A stretch of 52,826 nt of DNA from Candidatus Saccharimonadota bacterium. GTDB lineage: Bacteria; Patescibacteriota; Saccharimonadia; Saccharimonadales; JAXHNE01. Shown here one piece after another: positions 8,643 through 18,386 of this stretch (positions are counted from its first letter, which is position 1; the number at the start of each line of letters is the position of its first letter). The stretch covers positions 1 to 52,826 of the forward strand of contig JAXHNE010000007.1 in the NCBI GenBank assembly GCA_034520885.1, written 5' to 3'. The notes beneath the pieces were generated by a model. The model saw nothing but the letters and a program-made list of their open reading frames with translations. It did not search any database and was not told the DNA's origin. The translations under genes were made by a program, and so were the position numbers.

Positions 8643-10273
8643 GTTCCGCGCCGAAAAATAGCAAAAAAATTACGCACTACATTGATGTCGACGATGAAAT
8701 TACCGGCATCATCGACAAGGTCGTGGGCAGCAAGGAAAAAATCGTGGCTTTGGTGTTACCCAAACGAGCCACCGTTATGCAATCCATCGTGAACGTTAAA
8801 CTCTTAAAACGTTCGGCCGACGAGGCGCATAAAAAGATCGTACTTATCACTTCCGACTCGGGCGTTATTCCGCTGGCGGGGATTGCCGGGGTGCACGTGG
8901 CCAAAACCCTGCAGTCCAAGCCGGAGGTGCCCGAAGCGCCCCCAACGGAAACGCCCACCGAAGGCGTTGAAGAAGAGGTCGAGATCGACAAATCCAAATC
9001 TTTGGCGGAACTTAACGGTGATAACGAAGAAACCGCCGAAGTTCCCGAGTCGCCGGAGACTTCCCAAAAGCCCAAGAAAAAAGCCGGCAAAAAAGACAAA
9101 AAATTTAAAATTCCCAACTTTAACAAGTTTCGTATTAAATTGGCGTTGGTTTTTATCGCCTTGATTTTATTGATCGCCGGCTGGGTGACGGCCGCGAAGA
9201 TTTTGCCCAGCGCGGACATCCTCGTAAAAACCGACACGAAAACCTTTAACAAACAGTTGGAGATAAGCGCGGCGCTAAACCCGCCGGAAGAAGGCGACGT
9301 AATTAAAGCCAGCTCTCAGACCCTGGAAAAAGAAAACAGCCAGACCGTTCCGGCGACCGGCAAAAAGAACGTTGGAGACAAAGCCAAAGGTGAAATGGAG
9401 CTAACCAATTGCATCGATGATGACAACAGCCATACCATACCCGCCGGAACCGGATTTACGAAGAACGGAAAAACATTCGTAACGACGAAAAGCGTGTCTT
9501 TGCAAGAAAGTTATTCGCCGGACGGTGAATGCCAAGGTATTGACGGTTTTACGCGTAAGAACGTTGATGTCGTCGCCGACGAAGGCGGCAGTAGCTACAA
9601 CGTTAGCGAAGGGTCGTACAATTCCTCGATTGCCGGGATTCGGGCGTACGGTTCGGACATGAAAGGCGGAACGGATGACATTGTAACCGTTGTCAGCCAA
9701 GACGATATAGATAAAGCCACCCGCCAGTTCAGGGATCAAACCAGTGAGGGTTCAGTAGACGAACTGAAGGTGCAATTGACCGGCCAGGGGTACGTCCCCT
9801 TCGAATCGACTTTCGAATCGGCTGATCCGAACGTGAACGCCAGCCAATCTCCCGGTGATGAGGCCGGATCGGTGACGGTGAATGGTACGGCTACTTTCAC
9901 CATGGTTGGCGTACTAAAAGAGGCGATCGATGAAAAAATCCGGGAAGCTTCGGAGGAAGACATTGATAACACCGCCCAATCCATTTCGGACACCGGCATT
10001 GATAATGCGACGATGCGGTTGGATGAAACCAGCGAAGGCGAGTACGGCTTATCGGTTGAAACTTTGGTAACTGCCGGTCCGCAATTGGATCCCGACGGCC
10101 TGACCCAAGAAATACTGGGTAAAAAATACGGTGAAACCGAGTCCTTGCTTTCTTCCAAAGCCGGGGTCGTTGACGTCGACATCGAGCTTAGTCCTTTTTG
10201 GGTGGGTTCCGTACCGAACAACCCCGACAAAGTTACTATTACCATTGAAAACATCGCGGAAAATGAACAGTAA
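8639..10273 (+). CDS. single-pass membrane protein of unknown function, translationally coupled to the ftsA-like gene
   Basis: ATGA start/stop overlap at 8639-8642. Acidic/Lys-rich linker, then TM helix LALVFIALILLIAGWV and a large extracytoplasmic domain. Confidence 0.6.
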   Translation: MSSAPKNSKKITHYIDVDDEITGIIDKVVGSKEKIVALVLPKRATVMQSIVNVKLLKRSADEAHKKIVLITSDSGVIPLAGIAGVHVAKTLQSKPEVPEAPPTETPTEGVEEEVEIDKSKSLAELNGDNEETAEVPESPETSQKPKKKAGKKDKKFKIPNFNKFRIKLALVFIALILLIAGWVTAAKILPSADILVKTDTKTFNKQLEISAALNPPEEGDVIKASSQTLEKENSQTVPATGKKNVGDKAKGEMELTNCIDDDNSHTIPAGTGFTKNGKTFVTTKSVSLQESYSPDGECQGIDGFTRKNVDVVADEGGSSYNVSEGSYNSSIAGIRAYGSDMKGGTDDIVTVVSQDDIDKATRQFRDQTSEGSVDELKVQLTGQGYVPFESTFESADPNVNASQSPGDEAGSVTVNGTATFTMVGVLKEAIDEKIREASEEDIDNTAQSISDTGIDNATMRLDETSEGEYGLSVETLVTAGPQLDPDGLTQEILGKKYGETESLLSSKAGVVDVDIELSPFWVGSVPNNPDKVTITIENIAENEQ

Positions 10274-10664
10274 CTTTATGGCACTTGATGTCGGGGAAAA
10301 ACGAGTAGGCGTGGCCATCGCTTCGTCGTTGGCTAAACTGCCGCGGCCATTTACGACGCTTGACTACGAGAAGTCCATTGAAAAAATCAAAACCTTGGCA
10401 AACCAAGAAGGGGTTGGTACGATCGTGGTCGGGTTACCGTTAAACCGCCACGAGGAAGCGACCAAGCAGACCGAGTTCACCCGGGCTTTTATGGAGCGAC
10501 TGACTCATTCGGTAGAGGCCAAGATCGACACCTGCAGCGAGGCGCTTTCTTCCGCCAGGGCAAAACGCGAGCTCGAGACGCGTGGCAAGGCTTATGAAAA
10601 GTCGGATATTGACGCTTTGGCCGCGGCCTACATCCTGGAAGATTATTTAAAGGAGCGCCCCTGA
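10263..10664 (+). CDS. ruvX: Holliday junction resolvase-like nuclease RuvX/YqgF
   Basis: MALDVGEKRVGVAIA N-terminal motif, IVVGLPL, DALAAAYILEDYL. The track ORF begins earlier at 10131; start chosen at ATG 10263 (alternative ATG 10278). Confidence 0.85.
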   Translation: MNSNFMALDVGEKRVGVAIASSLAKLPRPFTTLDYEKSIEKIKTLANQEGVGTIVVGLPLNRHEEATKQTEFTRAFMERLTHSVEAKIDTCSEALSSARAKRELETRGKAYEKSDIDALAAAYILEDYLKERP

Positions 10665-11717
10665 ATGAAGGATACCGGCCAACGAACAGAGGAAAACCGT
10701 AAGGTGAAATTTATTATAGTTGCCGTTTTGGTCGTAGTGTTGTTGCTCGCCGTGAGCGTTTTTGCCGTGCGTCACGTATACGAATCCAATCTTCGGCCGG
10801 TAAGTGATTCCCAGGAAATAATCCTGGTGGACATCCCTCAGGGAGCGACTCCGCATGAAATCGCTACCACGCTCGAAGAAAAGGGCGTGATAAGGAAGGG
10901 TTGGGCGTTCGAGTGGTATATTCGCAACGTCGGAGCTCGTGACCAACTAAAAGCGGGTACTTACGAACTGGCTCCCAGTTTGGGCGTGAAACAAGTCGTG
11001 AATATTATTACGCAAGGAGAAGTCGCAACCGATCTGATCACCATATTGCCCGGCCAACGACTGGGAGAAATTAGTGAAAGCTTAGTGAGTGCCGGATTTG
11101 ACCGTGCGGCCGTGGAAAGTGCGCTGGAAGCCGATTCGTACGGTGAACACCCCGCGTTGGTCGATAAACCGACTGACGCCACCCTGGAGGGCTATATTTA
11201 TCCGGAAAGTTTCCAGATAACCACCGACACGACACCGAGCGTCGTAGTGGAAGCTTCGCTTGACCAGCTTCAGGATCGATTGACGCCCGAACTGCGTGCC
11301 CAGATCGTAAAACGCGGCTTAACGGTGCACGAAGGAATTACGCTGGCTTCGATTATTGAGAGGGAAGGCGATACGTCCGAAAACCGTAAACAAATCGCCC
11401 AGGTGTTTTTTAAGCGATTAAACGAAGGAATCAAGCTGGAAGCCGACGCCACGACCCGTTACGCGACCGGGAATCACGACCGGCCACTTACCCGGCAAGA
11501 GCTCAACGAATCCAGTCCGTACAATACCCGGCGCAACCAAGGCTTGCCGCCCGGCCCGATCAGCAATTTTAGCGAAAGTTCCCTTGAGGCCGTCGCCTAT
11601 CCGGCGGAAGGCGACTACCTCTTTTTCGTGACGGGAGATGACGGCGTGACGCGTTTTTCACGTACCATTGCCGAGCATGAACGATTGATCGACCGCCACG
11701 GGGTAAGCGGCGAATAA
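10665..11717 (+). CDS. mltG: endolytic murein transglycosylase MltG (YceG family)
   Basis: N-terminal TM helix. LASIIEREG and YNTRRNQGLPPGPISN motifs typical of YceG/MltG. Confidence 0.88.
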   Translation: MKDTGQRTEENRKVKFIIVAVLVVVLLLAVSVFAVRHVYESNLRPVSDSQEIILVDIPQGATPHEIATTLEEKGVIRKGWAFEWYIRNVGARDQLKAGTYELAPSLGVKQVVNIITQGEVATDLITILPGQRLGEISESLVSAGFDRAAVESALEADSYGEHPALVDKPTDATLEGYIYPESFQITTDTTPSVVVEASLDQLQDRLTPELRAQIVKRGLTVHEGITLASIIEREGDTSENRKQIAQVFFKRLNEGIKLEADATTRYATGNHDRPLTRQELNESSPYNTRRNQGLPPGPISNFSESSLEAVAYPAEGDYLFFVTGDDGVTRFSRTIAEHERLIDRHGVSGE

Positions 11718-11789
11718 CCTATCACCGTCCCGATTTACATAAACAGGGGTGGCTACCCGAAAAACCGCTTGCTTTCGTTACAGCGGTCA

Positions 11790-11849
11790 TGCTATTATCT
11801 ACCGGGTAACTTTCAAGCGTAACTGGTTTACGTTCGGTGAGTTACCCGG
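11790..11849 (+). promoter_or_regulatory. extended -10 (TGCTATTAT, 11790-11798) followed by a structured ~100-nt leader (9-bp stem 11802-11810 / 11841-11849) upstream of the LysM/CHAP gene
   Basis: CCGGGTAAC .. GTTACCCGG pairing read directly. The leader is long compared with the leaderless genes nearby. Confidence 0.35.
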
Positions 11850-11901
11850 AAATCGCTAACAAGGTGAAGTACAGGTATAAATACTAGCTAAAAAGTGATT
11901 T

Positions 11902-13053
11902 TTGACCGGGGAAGGCCCGAGGAGTCGTCCTATTCGTACAGCAGCAGAATATCTCAGTTCCAAACTGGGAATTACATCCGATACCCACAAGAAGAAGCGC
12001 TCGCTATCCAAGCGCCGGTTATTTCGTTCCCGAAAACGAACCGTCCGGTTCACTATTCTTAGCGCCAATGTAGTGCTTTTGGCGGTCGTTACCGTATTCG
12101 TTACCAGTGGACCGGCGAGCGAAGGAAACGCCGCTCACAGTAGCGCGGCGCTACGCAGTAATGACGCGGAGATGCTCAGCCCGCTCGACCAGCTTTCGTC
12201 GGCCGATATCGCGGTGCACGTGGCTCGCATGGCCAATCTTGATGAAACCGTGTCGGTCGTAAACCATGCCGATAGCGTGAATGCCCAGATGGCCGTTTCG
12301 TCCGATGACGACACTGTCGCCCAGAAGCCGCAAATCGTTACCTCGTCACTAAAATCCAAGCAGGACATCGAAACTTATATCGTGAAAGACGGCGACACAT
12401 TATCTTCGGTCGCTAATGATTTTGGCGTTACTTCTGACTCCATTCGATGGTCGAACGGCCTGAGTGGCGAATCTTTGGAAACCGGGAGTGAGCTCAAGAT
12501 CCCGCCGGTAAACGGCATTGTGTATCAGGTAGAAGAAGGCGATACGGTCGATAGCCTGGCGGAACGCTATAGCGCCGATAAGCAAAAATTGATAGAAATG
12601 AACGATGCCGAACTTTCGGGATTGAAAACCGGTGATTATATTATTATTCCCGATGGCGTGCAGCCGGTGAGCCGTCCTTCCTACACGTCTTCGTATTACG
12701 GATATCGCGCTCTTTCCTACGGTCAGGGCAACGGATATGATTACGGGTGGTGTACGTGGCACGTCGCCAATCGACGCCGTGAAGCCGGCAAACCGCTTCC
12801 CAGTAACCTCGGCAATGCTATTACCTGGTACGCCTTAGCTCAAAACGGCGGGCTCGCGACCGGTACGGAACCTCGGGCCGGCGCGGTACTGTGGCACGCT
12901 AACCTCGGTGGTTTGGGACACGTAGGATACGTGGAAAAGATCAACGGAGACGGTTCGGCCGTGGTTTCCGACATGAACTACCCTTATTGGGGACGGGTCA
13001 CCACCCGTACGGTGGAACCCAGCGAGTTCGGTAACTATCGATTTATTTATTAA
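11902..13053 (+). CDS. peptidoglycan hydrolase with two LysM domains and a C-terminal CHAP domain
   Basis: LysM repeats (YIVKDGDTLSSVANDFGV.., YQVEEGDTVDSLAERYS..). CHAP Cys/His region (GWCTWHVANRR .. GHVGYVE). TTG 11902 is the first possible start after an in-frame stop. Confidence 0.8.
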   Translation: MTGEGPRSRPIRTAAEYLSSKLGITSDTHKKKRSLSKRRLFRSRKRTVRFTILSANVVLLAVVTVFVTSGPASEGNAAHSSAALRSNDAEMLSPLDQLSSADIAVHVARMANLDETVSVVNHADSVNAQMAVSSDDDTVAQKPQIVTSSLKSKQDIETYIVKDGDTLSSVANDFGVTSDSIRWSNGLSGESLETGSELKIPPVNGIVYQVEEGDTVDSLAERYSADKQKLIEMNDAELSGLKTGDYIIIPDGVQPVSRPSYTSSYYGYRALSYGQGNGYDYGWCTWHVANRRREAGKPLPSNLGNAITWYALAQNGGLATGTEPRAGAVLWHANLGGLGHVGYVEKINGDGSAVVSDMNYPYWGRVTTRTVEPSEFGNYRFIY

Positions 13054-13068
13054 GACGGCCGCTACCGC

Positions 13069-14354
<1,286 letters not shown>

Positions 14355-14390
14355 TTTGTTTTTATTCGCCGCTTCCGTACCATAGAAACA

Positions 14391-15836
14391 ATGACCTTTT
14401 ATTTTTACGATTTGGAGACGTCGGGCGTAAACCCCAGGGAAGCGAGAGTTATGCAGTTCGCCGGGCAACGCACGGACATGGATCTGCGCCCGGTGGGGGA
14501 ACCCCATAATATCCTCGTAAAAATGACCGAAGACGTTTTGCCGGACCCCGATGCCGTATTGGTCACCGGTATTACGCCCCAAAAAACCATTGCCGACGGC
14601 GTTACCGAGGCCGATTTTTTGCGGACGTTTCAGCGGGAAATCGCTACCAAAGACACGGTTTTCGTTGGTTTCAATACCGTGCGATTCGACGACGAATTTA
14701 TGCGGTATTCGCATTACCGCAACTTCTATGATCCGTATGAGTGGCAATGGAAAGACGGCCGATCGCGCTGGGATATATTGGACGTGGCCCGAATGACACG
14801 GGCACTTCGCCCCGAGGGTATCCAGTGGCCGTACGACGGCAAAGGGAATCCTTCCAACCGGTTGGAATTACTCACCTCCGTTAATAAGCTTTCTCACGAC
14901 AACGCCCATGACGCCTTGGGCGACGTTCGCGCCACGATTGCCGTGGCCGACTTGATAAAAACCCGGCAGCCAAAACTTTTCGACTTTTTACTGCGTATGC
15001 GTGATAAACGAGCGGCGAAAAATTTAGTGCACAATGAAAAGATGTTCGTGTATAGCTCCGGAAAATACTCCAGCGAACAAGAGAAAACCACCATAGCCGC
15101 TAAAATAGCCGATACGCCGGAGGGCGCGGCGTTAGTGTACGATTTAAGCGTTGATCCCGAACCGTTTTTAAAAATGGACGCTACCCAAATTATCGAAGCC
15201 TGGCAGCGGCGCCACGACGACCCCGAACCGAAATTGCCGGTCAAAGCCTTGAAGTACAACCGTTGTCCCGCCATTGCTCCGCTCGGGGTGCTGGACGAAA
15301 AAAGCCAAAACCGCTTAGGACTCGATCCGAAGCGCGCGCTCGCATTTTTACGCCGGATCGAAAAGACGGACTTTGCTCATAAATGCCTTGAAGCCGCGAA
15401 ACGGATGAATCAAGCCCGCGAAGCACGCCAATCACGCTTACTTGATGACGATAATGACGTCGATGCCCGCCTGTATGAAGGTTTCTTTTCCGATACCGAC
15501 AAAACGGCCATGCGGCGCGTGCGGGCGGCTTCCGTTGACCAGCTACGGGAGTTTACGAAGGAAGATTTTAAAGATACCCGCTTACAAGCCTTGCTGCCAT
15601 TATATAAAGCGAGAAATTTCTCCGGAGCATTAGCGGATAGTGAGCGCCGGGCCTGGGAAGAATTCCGGCATCAAAAATTAATGTCCGGCGGGATGCAAAG
15701 CCGGGCCGCCAGATTCATGAAACGTTTACAAGAATTGGACGGTACGACCACCGACCCCGAAAAACGTTACTTATTAGAAGAAATGCAGCTTTACGCGGAG
15801 TCTATTCTGCCGGAGCCGGACGGCTCGAGCTCGTGA
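14391..15836 (+). CDS. sbcB: exodeoxyribonuclease I (SbcB)
   Basis: DEDDh exonuclease motifs (FYDLETSG, GFNTVRFDDEF, HDALGDV) and the SbcB-type C-terminal region. 481 aa. Confidence 0.85.
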   Translation: MTFYFYDLETSGVNPREARVMQFAGQRTDMDLRPVGEPHNILVKMTEDVLPDPDAVLVTGITPQKTIADGVTEADFLRTFQREIATKDTVFVGFNTVRFDDEFMRYSHYRNFYDPYEWQWKDGRSRWDILDVARMTRALRPEGIQWPYDGKGNPSNRLELLTSVNKLSHDNAHDALGDVRATIAVADLIKTRQPKLFDFLLRMRDKRAAKNLVHNEKMFVYSSGKYSSEQEKTTIAAKIADTPEGAALVYDLSVDPEPFLKMDATQIIEAWQRRHDDPEPKLPVKALKYNRCPAIAPLGVLDEKSQNRLGLDPKRALAFLRRIEKTDFAHKCLEAAKRMNQAREARQSRLLDDDNDVDARLYEGFFSDTDKTAMRRVRAASVDQLREFTKEDFKDTRLQALLPLYKARNFSGALADSERRAWEEFRHQKLMSGGMQSRAARFMKRLQELDGTTTDPEKRYLLEEMQLYAESILPEPDGSSS

Positions 15837-15981
15837 TATCTCCGGATTGATCCTCACGGTCATCGCTGCGGCGTACATGGCTGGCTACCAACAAGACGAT
15901 TAGCAAACCCAGCAATGACTGGGCGAACGTAATTTTTATATCGGTTCCCGGGATACTCCCCAGAACAATAAGCTCCAACAT
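15802..15981 (-). CDS. possible small membrane protein (doubtful)
   Basis: Internal ATG of track ORF 15802..16011 gives MLELIVLGSIPG.. with one hydrophobic helix. Overlaps the sbcB 3' end by 35 nt. Confidence 0.25.
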   Translation of the reverse strand: MLELIVLGSIPGTDIKITFAQSLLGLLIVLLVASHVRRSDDREDQSGDITSSSRPAPAE

Positions 15982-16045
15982 GATGACATCCTTTTCTTCA
16001 CCATAACACAAAAATGACGGTAACGCAACTAAGTATAAAAGGTAA

Positions 16046-16453
16046 TCATTTAAGTTTGTTTTTTAGCCAGCGTGAGAAAGTGTCCAAGCGTTTTCGGTTC
16101 CCCAAAAACAGCGTCAGCGCGGTAAAAAGTAGTACGATCGCCACGGCGAGAGTAAGGTTTTGGGTGTAAGTTGATATAAGATAAATCCCGATCCCCATGA
16201 ATAGCACCGAGAAAATGTCGTACGCCGCTTGCACGGCGGGGTGTTCATGAAAAATAAACTTCCCGAGCTTTATACCGTTCTCTTTGACGTAAACCACCAG
16301 TTTTTTTGCCCAGTTGTGGTTAATCGACAGGAACCCCAACCCGGCGAGCAACAAAGGAATGCCGCCCGGCCCGGGAAGCCACCCCAAAGTCGGCGATAGC
16401 GCGATAAGCGTCACGCCTATCAGGTCGAAAATAATATGGCGTAAACGCTTCAT
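16046..16453 (-). CDS. PGPGW-domain membrane protein
   Basis: LPGPGGIPLLLAGLGFLS motif and 3-4 TM helices. 135 aa. Directly downstream of pheA. Confidence 0.7.
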   Translation of the reverse strand: MKRLRHIIFDLIGVTLIALSPTLGWLPGPGGIPLLLAGLGFLSINHNWAKKLVVYVKENGIKLGKFIFHEHPAVQAAYDIFSVLFMGIGIYLISTYTQNLTLAVAIVLLFTALTLFLGNRKRLDTFSRWLKNKLK

Positions 16454-16471
16454 ACCTTCATTATAAACTAC

Positions 16472-17305
16472 TTAGTATACGATTCCGGAGGCGTAGCTTC
16501 CGAGTCGCTCAATTTCACAGCCGCGGCTGGCCAGTTCTTTCAATGCCGCCTCTAGGCGCCCATCATCCAGGCCGCCCACGACATCGATGTAAAACATATA
16601 GTGCCAGGCTTTGCCGACAAGCGGCCGGGAATGAAGCAGGGTTAAGTTGAGATCGCGTTCGGCGAACGTGCCGAGAGCCCGGTAAAGCGCCCCGGGCTTG
16701 GTGTCGCCGGCCGTTCGCAGCACCAACGACGTTTTATCGGCCGATTTGTCGGGGGTTACCGGCTTTTTACGCAGTACGACGAAACGAGTATAGTTTTCGC
16801 GGTTGGTTTCTACTGCGTTTCGTAAGACGTGCATGCCGTAAAGCTCTGCGGCCTGGCGGCTGGCGATTGCCGCCTTGGAGGGGTCGCCCCACTGTTTAAC
16901 GTCCCGTACGCTCAGGGCGGTATCGTGATGTTCGAAACGTCGCGACTCGGGTAAATGCTCGTCCAGAAATTGTTCACATTGTGCCAGGGCGACCGGATGA
17001 GAGTGTACTTCTTTTATGTCGTTTAGTTTCGCCTCTTTGAATCCAATCAGTGCTTGGTCGATTTTTAAATACACTTCACCGATAATCGACGCGTCCGATT
17101 CGATAAGCAAATCGTAGACTTCGTTGATTGATCCGTATAGTGAATTTTCAATCGCGCATATCGCGTAATCGGCTTCGTTTAATGCCGCGAAGACGTTTTT
17201 GAACGGCAAATCACAAATAACGGGAGTAATACTCCTTTTGAAGTAACTTCGCGCGGCAATATCGTGAAAAGACGCTTCGCCGCCCTGTATCGCAACCGTT
17301 CGCAT
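16472..17305 (-). CDS. pheA: prephenate dehydratase (PDT + ACT domains)
   Basis: PDT-type N-terminus (VAIQGGEASFHD), TRFVVL motif, C-terminal ACT region (SLVLRTAGDTKPGALYRALGTFA). TGCTACGCT -10-like motif 7 nt before the ATG. Confidence 0.88.
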   Translation of the reverse strand: MRTVAIQGGEASFHDIAARSYFKRSITPVICDLPFKNVFAALNEADYAICAIENSLYGSINEVYDLLIESDASIIGEVYLKIDQALIGFKEAKLNDIKEVHSHPVALAQCEQFLDEHLPESRRFEHHDTALSVRDVKQWGDPSKAAIASRQAAELYGMHVLRNAVETNRENYTRFVVLRKKPVTPDKSADKTSLVLRTAGDTKPGALYRALGTFAERDLNLTLLHSRPLVGKAWHYMFYIDVVGGLDDGRLEAALKELASRGCEIERLGSYASGIVY

Positions 17306-17412
17306 GAGCCATAGCGTAGCACATTACCTTGGTTTGCAATCAACAACGGCTTATTTTAATATAAGCATAAGGATTCAAATAAAGTTGAAATCCAAACAAA
17401 AAGGGAGCAACA

Positions 17413-18345
17413 GTGGGTGATAGTCGTATGGGCAGAGAGGGTGCACCAACGGCGCGAAGTAATCTTCCGTCGGGTAACCGTACCCGCTCCGACTGTTTGA
17501 CTGTTAGCGATTCCCACGAACAAGAGAAGCTCCCCCCGGATTTTTTCGTACCCAGCTTTTCGGTCTATCGTCCGGTGCTTGCTACGGAAGAAATGATTGA
17601 TTTTCATGGTCAACTCGAGTCACTTTTCGACCGGCTGCCTTATAAAGTTCAACCGCTTGGGAGTATGGCGATCCGTTTATTGGAGCAGCATCAGTTAATT
17701 GGCGTATTCCGTGACGCTAACGTTGAGGCTTATGCGGATGAGATGCATGACGTATCCGACGGAGTTAAGAAAGGGCTTCAGCAACAAGTAAAAGGCCAAC
17801 CCAAAGAGCTTAAAATGCCAACGGGCGGCTTGTATCCGTTTGGCAACAGAAATAAATCGGTTGGTATCGTCCCCGGTGGCTGGAAGGGTTTTAAAGCGCG
17901 CTATGCGGACACCGACAAAAAAGGAAACCCCATATTCAATTCACGAATAGTAAGTGAAACCAGCCTTATAGTCGGTGCGCTTGCTCAAATGTATGCCAGT
18001 GAATACGAGAAAGACGATGAAATGGTGGAGAACGACGAATTAACGGAAGTTGATATGAGGCCCTTGTTCGCTCGTACCCCACATCTTAAAGTTGCCCGGA
18101 AAACACGAGGCCGAAAAATTTCAAGCAAGGAGGTCTCAGAACTGAATGGCCAAATTGGTGAGATTATGCCGAGTGAAATCCCGTTATTCGACCCCATAAT
18201 TCAATTAAGGCTTGATCGCGACAAAGAAGGGTTCTATCATGATCCGCTCGGTAGACGGGTAAACTATAAAAACCTCATTCGCTTGAGAAACCCTGAAGAA
18301 TACGGCCGTTTGCTACACGGCAACCTTGATGACAACGGTCATTAG
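17413..18345 (+). CDS. hypothetical protein
   Basis: 310-aa ORF with a GTG start preceded by AAGGGAG at 5-nt spacing. No recognisable motifs. Confidence 0.55.
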   Translation: MGDSRMGREGAPTARSNLPSGNRTRSDCLTVSDSHEQEKLPPDFFVPSFSVYRPVLATEEMIDFHGQLESLFDRLPYKVQPLGSMAIRLLEQHQLIGVFRDANVEAYADEMHDVSDGVKKGLQQQVKGQPKELKMPTGGLYPFGNRNKSVGIVPGGWKGFKARYADTDKKGNPIFNSRIVSETSLIVGALAQMYASEYEKDDEMVENDELTEVDMRPLFARTPHLKVARKTRGRKISSKEVSELNGQIGEIMPSEIPLFDPIIQLRLDRDKEGFYHDPLGRRVNYKNLIRLRNPEEYGRLLHGNLDDNGH

Positions 18346-18386
18346 CATTGACCCCACGGTCAAAATAACAGTATAATTGTCTTTCA

